Positions 1 to 10,041 of a stretch of 36,774 nucleotides of DNA are shown piece by piece. A model generated the notes under the pieces. It made no database searches and was not told where the DNA came from. It worked only from the letters and a program-made list of their open reading frames with translations. The first letter of the stretch is position 1. The number at the start of each line of letters is the position of its first letter. This stretch comes from a bacterium (lineage in GTDB: Bacteria > Zhuqueibacterota > Zhuqueibacteria > Oceanimicrobiales > Oceanimicrobiaceae). The position numbers and the translations under genes are program-made. The DNA is taken from NCBI GenBank assembly GCA_046757025.1, contig JBHHXN010000037.1, positions 1-36,774 of the forward strand, given 5' to 3'.

Positions 1-101
1 TAAAGAATGTCCCACCAGCGTGCATTTTTGACCCGCCAGCGTTAGCGAAACCGTCACTTTTTAGCATATATTATCGCAGATTTGTTAACCTGGATTATTC
101 A

Positions 102-246
102 CCGCAGAGGTCGCTAAGAGCGCAGAGGTTAAACAAAAACAGCTACAGGTGAAGCCTCAATATTGTCATATTCTTTTCATTGCATGACGGCTCTGCAAAT
201 CCAACAAAAACCCCGCTAAGCGGGGCGACCTCAGCGCTCTCTGCGG
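102..246. repeat. REP-like imperfect palindrome (CCGCAGAG...CTCTGCGG type) with inner hairpin
   Basis: Inverted pairs ccgcagag 102-109 / ctctgcgg 239-246, gaggtcgc 107-114 / gcgacctc 225-232 and agagcgc 117-123 / gcgctct 234-240; inner hairpin ccccgct-a-agcgggg 211-225. Confidence 0.65.
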
Positions 247-324
247 CTCATGAATCAGGGTGCTTCACCGCACTTCTGCTCAAAATCACCTAAACACTTC
301 ACTTCAAACAAAGGGAGGCATATT

Positions 325-2019
325 ATGCAACTCGATTATAGATTAAAGGCAGCCGTTTCGGTTATGATTGCTGCGCTGCTAATTGGGGCTCACACGCAGG
401 TGGCCACTGCCCAGGAGCCGCGGATGGTCAAGGACATCAACCCGGGCGGTAGCTCCAACCCGGACGAGCTGATCTATTTCAACGGCGTGCTCTACATGCG
501 CGCCAACGACGGCAGCACCGGCGACGAGCTCTGGAAAAGCGACGGCACCGAAGCGGGTACCGTGCTGGTCAAGGATATCAACCCGCAGGGTAATTCCGTC
601 ATCAGGTGGCTCACCGAGGTCGGCGGCACCCTCTTCTTTCAGGCCAACGACGGGAATAACGGTCAAGAATTGTGGAAGAGCGATGGCACCACCTCAGGTA
701 CCATGTTCGTGAAAGACATCAACCCGGGCGGCCATGCCGCTCTGAGCTGGCTCACGGATGTGGGCGGCACGCTTTTCTTCCAGGCCAACGACGGTACCCA
801 TGGAGCTGAATTGTGGAAGAGCGACGGCACCGAAGCGGGAACCCAGTTGGTTAAAGATCTTACGGTAAGCAGCGGCAGTGGAAATTCAAACGGACGCCCG
901 CGGGACCTGATTAATTTCAACAACACGCTATATTTCTGGGCCACGAAAAGTAATGGCCATTCAGATGTTTGGAAGAGTGACGGCACAGAAGCCGGCACCG
1001 TAATAATTCAGGGCGAGAATTGGATGCGTGAACCCGTTGTTGTAAATGGCACGCTTTTCTTTCAGGGATTCGCAGGCACCAGAGGAAATGAACTTTTTAA
1101 AATAGACAACGCCACAGGCGAACCTGTTTTGATAAAAAACATTCATCCTGAAGGAAATGACAGCGATAGCTTCCCGGAAGCGCTGACCCGGGTCGGCAGC
1201 ACGCTCTTTTTTAACGCAGACGATGGCAGCCTCGGCCGCGAACTGTGGAAGAGCGACGGTACGGAGAGCGGCACGGTACTGGTAAAGGACATCCACCCCG
1301 GCAGCGGCTCATCCATGCCGCGGGAGGGAATAGCTAACGACCTGGAGGATGTCGATGGCACGCTGTTCTTCCGCGCTGATGACGGCACCACCGGTAAAGA
1401 ACTGTGGAAGAGCGACGGCACCGCGGCTGGCACGGTCCTGGTGAAAGACATTCATCCCACGGGCAGCTCAAACCCATCCGAGATCACCAATGTCGATGGC
1501 ATGGCCTACTTCCGCGCGGATGACGGCCAGCATGGCGTAGAGCTGTGGCGGAGCGACGGCACGGCTGCTGGCACGGTGATGATTAAAGATATCCACCCGA
1601 CTGGAAAATCAACTCCCGTCGAATTTACCGTTGTCAACGGTAAGCTGTATTTTAGCGCCAATGACGGTTTCAACGGCAGAGAGTTGTGGGTTTTGGACGC
1701 CATGACCACCTCTGTTGAGCAAAACCATACGGTACCCGAAGTATTTGCTCTGTCCCAGAACTACCCGAATCCGTTTAACCCGGAAACAACCATTCAGTAT
1801 CATCTTGGCGAAACCACGTCCGTAAAGTTACAGGTTTACGACCTGCTTGGTCGTCTGGTCACGACGCTTCTGGACGAAGGGCGACAGGAAATCGGCTCCT
1901 ACACGGTTTCGTGGGACGGTCGTGACGCAAACGGCCGCCAGGTGGCCTCCGGCGTTTATGTCTACCGCCTGACGACGCAACATCAGTCCTTGTCTCAAAA
2001 GATGATTTTTATGAAATAG
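325..2019 (+). CDS. Secreted ELWxxDGT-repeat (beta-propeller) protein with C-terminal T9SS-type/FlgD-Ig sorting domain
   Basis: Repeated ELWKSDGT...LVKDI(N/H)P units of about 48 aa; signal peptide ending ATA-Q; C-terminal LSQNYPNPFNPETTI...VYDLLGRLV...WDGRD...ASGVYVYRL. Start moved from 250 to ATG 325, which follows SD gggagg. Confidence 0.9.
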   Translation: MQLDYRLKAAVSVMIAALLIGAHTQVATAQEPRMVKDINPGGSSNPDELIYFNGVLYMRANDGSTGDELWKSDGTEAGTVLVKDINPQGNSVIRWLTEVGGTLFFQANDGNNGQELWKSDGTTSGTMFVKDINPGGHAALSWLTDVGGTLFFQANDGTHGAELWKSDGTEAGTQLVKDLTVSSGSGNSNGRPRDLINFNNTLYFWATKSNGHSDVWKSDGTEAGTVIIQGENWMREPVVVNGTLFFQGFAGTRGNELFKIDNATGEPVLIKNIHPEGNDSDSFPEALTRVGSTLFFNADDGSLGRELWKSDGTESGTVLVKDIHPGSGSSMPREGIANDLEDVDGTLFFRADDGTTGKELWKSDGTAAGTVLVKDIHPTGSSNPSEITNVDGMAYFRADDGQHGVELWRSDGTAAGTVMIKDIHPTGKSTPVEFTVVNGKLYFSANDGFNGRELWVLDAMTTSVEQNHTVPEVFALSQNYPNPFNPETTIQYHLGETTSVKLQVYDLLGRLVTTLLDEGRQEIGSYTVSWDGRDANGRQVASGVYVYRLTTQHQSLSQKMIFMK

Positions 2020-2279
2020 TGTCATACGCCCACTGGAAGACTAGAAATTTAAATATTCCTCAGTGGTATGACACTGAATAGGGTTACCATTATCGGGAGG
2101 ATTCATGTGGCATCCTCCCGAGCATTTTCTTTGGTCTGGCTATTCCTGGTAGGTTGCCTGGCTCGCGGTGGATTTGTCGCCCTCGTGCCTGGTCCGCTAA
2201 GTATTCCGCAGCGGAACAAAGGAATTTGGGATGGGAGCCCAAAGAGAAAACTCAGGATGATTCAAAAAAAATAAAAAAC

Positions 2280-2307
2280 TTGACATTTCAAAAGATAATA
2301 TTATCTT
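2280..2307 (+). promoter_or_regulatory. Candidate sigma70 promoter for the AT-rich island genes
   Basis: TTGACA 2280-2285, 16-nt spacer, TATCTT 2302-2307, with an A-rich tract upstream. Confidence 0.35.
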
Positions 2308-2753
2308 GAAACACAGGTAAAGGGATTTTAAAATTACCAAAGGTTCTCAACAGGAAGGTTGCTGAATAAAATTAGAGAATGTAACCATCAAATATAGATA
2401 AAACCTGTAGTTTCGATTTCAAGCTTTTGAAGCCAGGTTTAATTTTCCTTCATCTAGAACTCCATCTTGTTTACTCCTTGCGGTTTTAAGACTAACTATT
2501 GCTCAGGTAGAAGTAATAGATAGTTATTCTTTTCTGATTTTGTCTTTCTGACAATTGTAACTCGCACCTCCCTTCCACAGCACTTCTATTTTGCATTATC
2601 CAATAATCTGGGAAAAGCCAGGTACTTGAACGGATGCCTCTTCTGAGGCCACCAATCAGTGGCACATTATTTTGGATTTTTTTCAATTAAATGCTTCAAA
2701 TCTTTCTAATATATAAATTTAATTATTCACGACATTATTAAGGAGGAAATAGA

Positions 2754-3260
2754 ATGAAGGATCTAAAACCTATTAGGCCCAATCTTTATGCCGTCCAATA
2801 TTTTTTCTTTTTATGTATATTTTTCATTACATCGGGATGTGTTCATCTTGTTTCTTACTATGATGCAATTTCCTACAAGAATCTTACTGACCTTAAAGGC
2901 GAAATAAAAGTATTTTTCGACAGAGCGGTTGAGGATGGCGCACATGGAGAAGCCGACCTAAATATTCTCAAAGATTTCAAGGTTAAAATGTCTAGAGCCT
3001 ATGAGTACGAAAAGGGTAAGACATTAAATGAGGACACCATTGCCCAATTCGCAATATTGGACAGCACTTTGAATGACGTATTAGAAAGATATAAAAAACG
3101 GACATGGAATTCCGAAAATAACTGTGAAGATAGCCCAGCTACAAGTCCAGAAAAAGGTTGCTTAACCGCTACCTACTGTGAGTCAAAATGGAAGGTCCTT
3201 GAAACAGCTTTTGATATTGCTATTACAACAGAGCGGTCAAAACTCGAAAAAAAGAACTAA
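2754..3260 (+). CDS. Hypothetical lipoprotein
   Basis: SD aaggagg; hydrophobic stretch ending in lipobox-like ITSGC; helical body with three further Cys; AT-rich. Confidence 0.75.
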   Translation: MKDLKPIRPNLYAVQYFFFLCIFFITSGCVHLVSYYDAISYKNLTDLKGEIKVFFDRAVEDGAHGEADLNILKDFKVKMSRAYEYEKGKTLNEDTIAQFAILDSTLNDVLERYKKRTWNSENNCEDSPATSPEKGCLTATYCESKWKVLETAFDIAITTERSKLEKKN

Positions 3261-3296
3261 ACTTAAAATAAACATATTTAAATAAGGAGTTATCCC

Positions 3297-3620
3297 ATGG
3301 CTTCAATTAGCGAATTCTTAGACAGCCTTCTCGATGAGTCGGCTGATTTTGCTCGTGACGAACTTAAGACACTGATAAAGGAAGCAAAATCAGATAATCG
3401 GACTTTTATTAAACATATTGGCGAACTCACAGAAGAGTTCATTCAAATGCGCGCGCTTGGTCAACTTAACAATGATGAGTTTGAGGAGTTAATGAACGAT
3501 TTACTCGATCTCAGCAAAATGCAATTACGCAAACTTTCGGTACAGGCAAAAGTTCGTACAGAACGTATTGCTAACGGTATAAGAGATTTGGTTTTAAACA
3601 GGCTTCTTGCACTTATTTAA
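3297..3620 (+). CDS. Hypothetical all-alpha-helical protein, likely co-transcribed with the upstream lipoprotein
   Basis: SD aaggag; 36-nt gap to the upstream gene; amphipathic helical pattern. Confidence 0.75.
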   Translation: MASISEFLDSLLDESADFARDELKTLIKEAKSDNRTFIKHIGELTEEFIQMRALGQLNNDEFEELMNDLLDLSKMQLRKLSVQAKVRTERIANGIRDLVLNRLLALI

Positions 3621-3901
3621 GTGATGTACAGAAAGCTAAATGGATGGCATGGCATACCTTTGGTTAACAATCAAATAGAATATTTAAAATTTAAATTTAA
3701 CACATGCTGTTGATGAATGCTGCTGTGTTGCTTTTGTAACTTCATAGGTTTGTTTAAAGTGTGAAATATTTGCCTAGTTAGGTCTCTTCGTAACTGTTGT
3801 ACTTTAGCGTGAGCAAATTTTGCGTAAATCTTCAGAAAAAATCAAAAAAAGAACTATCAATTTCATAACTCCATATCAAAATCGTAAGGAGGGATCAAAT
3901 C

Positions 3902-4465
3902 ATGGACTCAATCGAGAACTTCCTTGGAAACCTAGGGACTTCCCTGGTCCTTATCGTAATAGTCGGAGCGCACATCCTGGAGGAGGTGTTTGCATCTTAC
4001 AACGCGTCTGGCGGTACCGGTCGCCTTAGAGGATTCCGCCGCTTTTTCAACCTGGAGTGGTTCCAGACGGGTAGAGAAGACTTTCCAGTCACGAGGCTTA
4101 AAGCCCTTGTCGTTGACCAGGTCGGTCTCTTCATGGTTTTGACTCTGCTCGCCCTTCTCGCCCTGGTCCCGGGCACCTTCTGGCCCAACCTCATTTGGGT
4201 GGCAGTTGGATTCATAACAGCGGACTTGATCCAGCACGGCGTGTTCAGCCTCGGGCGGCGAAAGTACTCGCCAGGTGTTGCAACCAGCGCCCTGTACCTC
4301 ATCTTCGTCGTTTATTTCTTTCTCACCGAGCTTGGGGGAGTGAACGAGAATGTGAATCCGTTGTTACCATTGGCTATTGGTACGGCCGGCTTGCTCAGCA
4401 ACTACATCCTGGCTTCCAGGAAGGTCCGAAAGTGGCGTCAGAGTCGCGAGCCCGTCCCAGCCTAA
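3902..4465 (+). CDS. HXXEE-domain membrane protein
   Basis: HILEE motif after the first hydrophobic helix, later QH and YSPGVATS motifs, about 5 TM segments; SD aaggagg. Confidence 0.8.
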   Translation: MDSIENFLGNLGTSLVLIVIVGAHILEEVFASYNASGGTGRLRGFRRFFNLEWFQTGREDFPVTRLKALVVDQVGLFMVLTLLALLALVPGTFWPNLIWVAVGFITADLIQHGVFSLGRRKYSPGVATSALYLIFVVYFFLTELGGVNENVNPLLPLAIGTAGLLSNYILASRKVRKWRQSREPVPA

Positions 4466-4658
4466 TAGCGGCACCGAGGTAGCTGTCGAGAAGCCCGATC
4501 CAGTACGGAGAAGTGTGCTCATCTACAATCAGCTCGAGTTCTCTGGGCAAAAAGATGGATACTTAAACCATGTGTTTTGTTTGAAGGCTTCAACTTTTTG
4601 AACACTGTGAGGCTTATTATCACTGAAAATGTTGAAAAGAACCAGTATGGAGGACAAA

Positions 4659-5003
4659 ATGAAAACGATCACATCAGCACTATTGCTTATAATGCTCATC
4701 CCCTCTTTAGTCTTCGCAGGAGAAATCTACGGAAGTATAAAAATGGGGAAAAGACCTGTTAGAGGAGTAAAGGTAGAAATCAAATCTACCCGTAAAACAC
4801 CCTATTCTGCCACAACTGACAGGCATGGTTCCTATATCATATACGTGAAAGAGAAAGGGAAATGCACACTCAAGCTTTATATAAAGGAGGGAAAGAAGGT
4901 GCATACTCCAACAATCAAAGTTTACTCATCTAAGAGTTCCGCGCACTACAATTTGATATTAGAAAAAAATAAGAAAGGAATTTACTCTCTGCGGAGGAAG
5001 TAG
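4659..5003 (+). CDS. Small basic secreted protein, carboxypeptidase-regulatory-like beta-sandwich
   Basis: SD ggagg before ATG 4659; signal peptide ending VFA-G; G.I...PV.GVKVEI...ATTDRHGSY pattern. Confidence 0.7.
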   Translation: MKTITSALLLIMLIPSLVFAGEIYGSIKMGKRPVRGVKVEIKSTRKTPYSATTDRHGSYIIYVKEKGKCTLKLYIKEGKKVHTPTIKVYSSKSSAHYNLILEKNKKGIYSLRRK

Positions 5004-5005
5004 GT

Positions 5006-6196
5006 ATGGAGAATAAAAAAAAGGAAACTAAAAAAAGGGATAAATGGGACAAGGCGGAAATTATTCTCAGACCAGTGGGTGGCTTGCTGGCTGCGATAAC
5101 TGTGGCAGGAGTTGGGTTCTTTGGTTCCAACTATCTGGACAGCCGGCAAGACAACGAACTGAGAATCCGACTCTACACTGAGTTGATCACTAATCGGGAA
5201 GAAGCAGATAGCGCGCTTCGGAAAGATATGTTTACTTCGATAATCGGAAGCTTTTTAAATCCTAAAGAAGCTAAGCTGGGACTGGAAGAAAAAGTACTGC
5301 AGTTGGAATTACTGGCATATAATTTCCACGAATCACTAAATCTTATGCCTCTTTTTTTACATCTCGATAAGCAGATAAACCTGTTAAAAATAGAAGATAT
5401 TGATTCTTCAAAACAGTCAATCCCAATACAATTAAACTCAGATAAGCAAGACTACAAAGATCGTCTGGACAAGGTTGCGAGAGAGATAACTCATAAGCAA
5501 TTGGCAATTCTGGGAAGAGCTGGAGAAACGCTTGAAAGATCGATCTATTTATCGGCAAGTTTCAACATAACCGAACAGTCTATTGACAGTCTGAAATTAG
5601 AAGGAGTTTCTGTTGACGTTCTGCAAGAGATTGAAAATTTTGAGGTGTTTATTGATAAGGAAAAAGTAGAAGAAGAAAAGTTAGAGGAAGAAAAGGTAAA
5701 ACTTTTAGATAGTCTTCAAGTCAGGATCGGAAAAGAACCAACGCGGAAGTATGGCGCATCGATTTTGAAACATCTCTACTATTCGCCGGGTTTTCGTAAT
5801 TCAAATTACACAACAAGCTCCTGGCTGATAGATGAGAGCCTGGAGATAGATGAGATCGAAAGAGATTTCAAAGTTCGGGTGTTAGAAGCTGATTCGACCG
5901 CAAAAGAATTGAAAGTGAGATTGGAAATCATTACCATCAAGGAGTCTTCTGATGAAGAATATACGAATGAAGAAGATGTCGCAGAATTCTGGGTCGGATT
6001 CTTCGACTTTCCGATGATTGATAATACACGCCTTTCACACGACCAACGCTGTGCAATAGTCCTGAATAAATTCGAATATCCTTTAGCGGAGATCACGTTA
6101 GTCTATTTTCCTGGATCCTATTCAAGCCTGAAAGAGAAACCCTATTATCAGGAAGTCGTGGAGAAACTCGTTACTGATAGAAGCAAGGATAAGTAG
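5006..6196 (+). CDS. Hypothetical membrane-anchored protein
   Basis: 396-aa ORF starting 2 nt after the previous stop; basic N-terminus followed by one TM helix (about aa 19-41). Confidence 0.75.
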   Translation: MENKKKETKKRDKWDKAEIILRPVGGLLAAITVAGVGFFGSNYLDSRQDNELRIRLYTELITNREEADSALRKDMFTSIIGSFLNPKEAKLGLEEKVLQLELLAYNFHESLNLMPLFLHLDKQINLLKIEDIDSSKQSIPIQLNSDKQDYKDRLDKVAREITHKQLAILGRAGETLERSIYLSASFNITEQSIDSLKLEGVSVDVLQEIENFEVFIDKEKVEEEKLEEEKVKLLDSLQVRIGKEPTRKYGASILKHLYYSPGFRNSNYTTSSWLIDESLEIDEIERDFKVRVLEADSTAKELKVRLEIITIKESSDEEYTNEEDVAEFWVGFFDFPMIDNTRLSHDQRCAIVLNKFEYPLAEITLVYFPGSYSSLKEKPYYQEVVEKLVTDRSKDK

Positions 6197-6238
6197 TCAA
6201 GGAGGCTTTGTTTGGTAACATAACTTATTTAATAAACG

Positions 6239-6262
6239 GCCTTATAGGACATAAGGCTTTCT
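6239..6262 (+). terminator. Possible intrinsic terminator between convergent genes
   Basis: Stem gccttat 6239-6245 / ataaggc 6251-6257 followed by tttct; the U-tract is short. Confidence 0.35.
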
Positions 6263-6415
6263 GGTTGTCATTTCGGTAGTCAGTATGTTACTCGTCGGCT
6301 TCGTATTTTAGCCTAACTCGTCGAGCAAATGAATTTGGGATTGCACCCCAAAACAATAATTCAGAGTGATTCAGAAAAATTGCTTTTATACCATCCCGTC
6401 CAACAAACAAAACAC

Positions 6416-8989
6416 TCAAACTACCACATTCACCAGCTTGCCAGGCACCACGATCACTTTGCGCACGTTCTGGCCTGCCAGTCGCTCACCAACCTGCTGA
6501 AGGGCGCGGCGCTCCAATTCCACTTTGTCATCACACATGTCTGCGGGCACCAGCATCTGATCGCGCAGTTTGCCGTTCACCTGAATGACAATGGTCTTCT
6601 CAGCGCGCTGGAGTGCGTTTTCATCGTACTCCGGCCACGACTGCTGCAGGACCGCGTCCGTGTGCCCCATGACGCGCCAGAGCTCTTCAGCGATGAACGG
6701 CGCAATGGGTGAAACCAGCAGCACCAGTTTTTCGATGGCCTGTTTCAGAAGGGGTTGGTTGAGGTCGTGCTGGTCCTGCTCACAAGCGCTGGTGTAGTCC
6801 CCCAGCTCATTGCTCAGCTCCATGATCGCCGCCACCGCCGTGTTGAAATGGAACGTCTTGAAATCGTAAGTGACTGCGTGGATGCGCTCGTTCAAAACAT
6901 GCCAGAGCTGCTTGTCGCGTTTGTTGAGTTTGGTCGCATCGATTTTCGCATCGGGCGTCTGCTTGATCACATCGCGGTAAGTCTGCACCAGCGTCCAGAG
7001 TCGATTCAGGAAGCGGGAGCCGCCGCGCACGCCTTCCGGGTTCCACTCGATTTCGCGTTCGGGCGGCCCCATGAACAGCGTGTACAGCCGTTCTGTGTCC
7101 GTACCAAATTCCTCGATGATTTCCGTGGGCGCGATGGCGTTCTTTTTCGATTTGCTCATCTTGGCCACCTCGCGGATGAGCGGCTGACCGTCCTGTGGGC
7201 ATAGCGGTTCTTCACCCAACTCGTGTATGTTGATCCAGCCGTGTTTTTTGCAGCGGTAGGCCGGGTGCGTGATCATCCCCTGGGTGAACAGGCGCGTGAA
7301 CGGCTCGTCGAAGTTCACCAGCCCCATATCGCGCATGGCTTTGGTGACGAAACGCGCGTACAGCAGGTGCAGAATAGCGTGCTCGATGCCGCCCACGTAC
7401 TGGTCCACCGGCAGCCAGGCGTTCACCAGGTCGGAGTCGAATATTTTCTCGTCGTCGTTTGAGGAGAGGTAGCGCATGTAATACCAGGCGGAATCCACAA
7501 ACGTGTCCATGGTGTCGGTATCGCGCCGGGCCGGTCCCTGACACTTTGGACAATCGGTTTCATAAAAATCGGCAATCTCCGCCAGACCTTTCTTTCCCAG
7601 AAACTCCACCTCTGGTAGCAGCACGGGAAGGTCTTGCTCCGGCACCGGCACGATGCCGCACTTTTCGCAGTGGATCATGGGGATGGGCGTGCCCCAGTAG
7701 CGCTGCCGCGAAATGAGCCAGTCACGCAAACGATAATTCACTTCGCCTTTTCCGCAGCCTTTGTCTTCAAGATATTGAACGAATTTCTTGATAGTTTCAG
7801 GGCCAGCGGGCAGACCGTCAAACGGACCGGAATTTAACATGACGCCCTCACCTAAGAAAGCCTCTGTCATATCCGCACCATCTATTTTTCCCCCTGCAGG
7901 CCCAATAACCGGCACGACCGGCAAATCAAACTTTCTGGCAAACTCATAATCGCGCTGGTCGTGGCCGGGCACCGCCATGATGGCGCCGGTGCCATAGCCC
8001 ATGAGCACATAGTCCGCGATCCAGATGGGGATGTTCGCGTTCGTGACCGGATTGATGGCGCAGGCGCCGATAAACTCGCCGGTTTTCTCTCTGTCCACTC
8101 GCTGGCGTTTGATATCGCTTTCAGCCACCGCCATTTTGACGTAGGCTTCCACCGCTTGTTTTCGTTCCGCAGTCGTGAGTTTCTGCACCAGCGGATGCTC
8201 TGGCGCCAGCACCATAAACGTCGCGCCATAAAGCGTGTCCGGACGAGTAGTGAACACTTCAATTTTTTCTTGGTTGTCAGCAACCTGAAAACGAATGGAC
8301 GCGCCTTCACTGCGGCCAATCCAGTTTTTTTGCATGGTGACGACCCGTTCGGGCCAGTGCTCTAACTTATCCAAGTCTTCGAGCAATTCCTGGGCATACT
8401 GGGTGATTTTGAAAAACCACTGAGTGAGATTTTTTTTGGTGACTTCCGCATGACATCTTTCACAGTTGCCCTCCACCACCTGCTCATTGGCCAGCACGGT
8501 GTCGCAGTTCGGGCACCAGTTTACCAGCGACGCCTTGCGATAAGCCAGCCCCTTTTCGTAAAACTTCAGAAACAGCCACTGATTCCAGCGGTAGTAGGCG
8601 GGGTCGCAGGTGGTCAGCTCCCGGCGCCAGTCGAACACCACGCCCCACTGCCGAAATTGCTGTCGAAAATTTTCGATGTTTTTATACGTCCATTCCTTGG
8701 GATGCACGCCGCGGTCGATGGCGGCGTTCTCTGCCGGCAGTCCAAAGGCGTCGTAGCCCATGGGATTGAGCACATGAAAGCCGTTCATGATTAGGAAACG
8801 ACTGTAGGCATCGCCGATGAGCCAGTTGCGGCCGTGGCCCACGTGCATCTCACCCGAAGGGTAGGGGAACATGTTCAGGTAGTACATCTTATTTGCGGTG
8901 TCACTCAGGTCGGGCTCAAAAAAGCCTTGCTCTTTCCAGAAGTCCCGCCACTTGTTTTCGATTTTTTTAAAATCATACCGTTCGCTCAT
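6416..8989 (-). CDS. leuS: Leucine--tRNA ligase
   Basis: [13 protein letters not shown] (HIGH), [15 protein letters not shown]1 editing motifs FTTRPDT and [36 protein letters not shown]-terminal QVNGKLR; SD gaggag. Confidence 0.98.
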   Translation of the reverse strand: MSERYDFKKIENKWRDFWKEQGFFEPDLSDTANKMYYLNMFPYPSGEMHVGHGRNWLIGDAYSRFLIMNGFHVLNPMGYDAFGLPAENAAIDRGVHPKEWTYKNIENFRQQFRQWGVVFDWRRELTTCDPAYYRWNQWLFLKFYEKGLAYRKASLVNWCPNCDTVLANEQVVEGNCERCHAEVTKKNLTQWFFKITQYAQELLEDLDKLEHWPERVVTMQKNWIGRSEGASIRFQVADNQEKIEVFTTRPDTLYGATFMVLAPEHPLVQKLTTAERKQAVEAYVKMAVAESDIKRQRVDREKTGEFIGACAINPVTNANIPIWIADYVLMGYGTGAIMAVPGHDQRDYEFARKFDLPVVPVIGPAGGKIDGADMTEAFLGEGVMLNSGPFDGLPAGPETIKKFVQYLEDKGCGKGEVNYRLRDWLISRQRYWGTPIPMIHCEKCGIVPVPEQDLPVLLPEVEFLGKKGLAEIADFYETDCPKCQGPARRDTDTMDTFVDSAWYYMRYLSSNDDEKIFDSDLVNAWLPVDQYVGGIEHAILHLLYARFVTKAMRDMGLVNFDEPFTRLFTQGMITHPAYRCKKHGWINIHELGEEPLCPQDGQPLIREVAKMSKSKKNAIAPTEIIEEFGTDTERLYTLFMGPPEREIEWNPEGVRGGSRFLNRLWTLVQTYRDVIKQTPDAKIDATKLNKRDKQLWHVLNERIHAVTYDFKTFHFNTAVAAIMELSNELGDYTSACEQDQHDLNQPLLKQAIEKLVLLVSPIAPFIAEELWRVMGHTDAVLQQSWPEYDENALQRAEKTIVIQVNGKLRDQMLVPADMCDDKVELERRALQQVGERLAGQNVRKVIVVPGKLVNVVV

Positions 8990-9582
8990 TTGTTCACTTT
9001 TCTCCTCTTGCTGACTCGATTAGCTGTAAAAAATCAGGTTTCGTCACAACGCGATTTTAAATTTCAGTTTATACATGAATCAATTGAAAATAGTTCCTGT
9101 GATTTGTTCGGCCTATTAGCTCAAATCTGTTTTGATTGTTTTTTAACTCACACCCGTACATTGATGGGACCGTGTGAAACACACAATCAACCGTACGGTC
9201 ATTTCACGCTTTCCGGGCCAAGCGCTGATTGAACTTTTGACTTTTCACTCAGGCTCTTTCGCGTACTCCCCCTTGCCTACCTCTGCCAGTTAAAGCTTGA
9301 ACACCGAAATTTTCACAGATGGCGACTCCCCCAATTCATCTCAATAAAAAGAATTGATATCAATTTTCCTTTTCAAATACAAATGAAATAGACTTATATT
9401 AAATCATCTTCATTTTTATTGAAACTTTTGTTTAAGATTTTATATTAGAAAAATGGTGAATATGGTCAATAAAAATAAAAAATTAAAATAGAATTTGCAA
9501 GGGAATAAATCTGCAATACACTGGCTTTAATAAAGCAAGTTATCCACGCTGTGCAGAATTTGAACCAATTCAGGGATGAGGC

Positions 9583-10041
9583 ATGCGGCAAAAAATTTTT
9601 ACTACTTTTTGGTTTGTACTATTTTTAAATGTGTCTTGTTTTTCCCAGGACCAGGGATTCGGTCTGGGCATCATCGTTGGAGAGCCCACGGGCATCAGCC
9701 TTAAAAAATGGGTGGGCGAGTCCCGCGCCTTCGACGGCGCTGTCGCCTGGTCGTTTTCCGGGAAAAATTCGTTGGCCATTCATTTGGACTACATCAATCA
9801 CTACTTTCGATTTGCCAAACCGGATGCAGGAAAACTGCCATTTTATTACGGCATCGGGGGCCGGTTAAAATTTGACGACGGCGACGATAAACTCGGGGCG
9901 CGTATTCCACTGGGGCTGAACTATCATTTTGAAAATTTAACGTTGGATTTGTTCGTTGAAATCGTGCCGATCTTAGATTTGATTCCGGATACCGAATTCG
10001 ATCTGAACGCTGCCATCGGGGTGAGGTATTTTTTTAAGTAG
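9583..10041 (+). CDS. Small outer-membrane beta-barrel protein
   Basis: Signal peptide; GLGIIVGEPTGIS.K start; alternating amphipathic strands; C-terminal GVRYFF barrel signal. Confidence 0.75.
   Translation: MRQKIFTTFWFVLFLNVSCFSQDQGFGLGIIVGEPTGISLKKWVGESRAFDGAVAWSFSGKNSLAIHLDYINHYFRFAKPDAGKLPFYYGIGGRLKFDDGDDKLGARIPLGLNYHFENLTLDLFVEIVPILDLIPDTEFDLNAAIGVRYFFK

Noticed and set aside
420..1690. Regularly spaced nucleotide repeats resembling a CRISPR array
   Set aside because: They are coding ELWxxDGT repeats with synonymous variation and a period of about 145 nt; no cas genes are present.
2660..2676. TGGCACATTATT on + strand as a second sigma54 promoter
   Set aside because: It lacks the -12 GC at the required GG-N10-GC spacing.
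2068..2686. Short ORFs 2068-2274 and 2492-2686 (also 18254-18454, 28291-28620, 36444-36710)
   Set aside because: No convincing SD or protein-like motifs; several overlap repeats or real genes.
3690..6291. Integron with attC sites
   Set aside because: No integrase is present, and the candidate ends are imperfect with no clear L boxes; kept only as a weak hint.
8990..9345. T-box riboswitch upstream of leuS
   Set aside because: No GGTGGNACC antiterminator consensus or terminator is visible on the minus strand.
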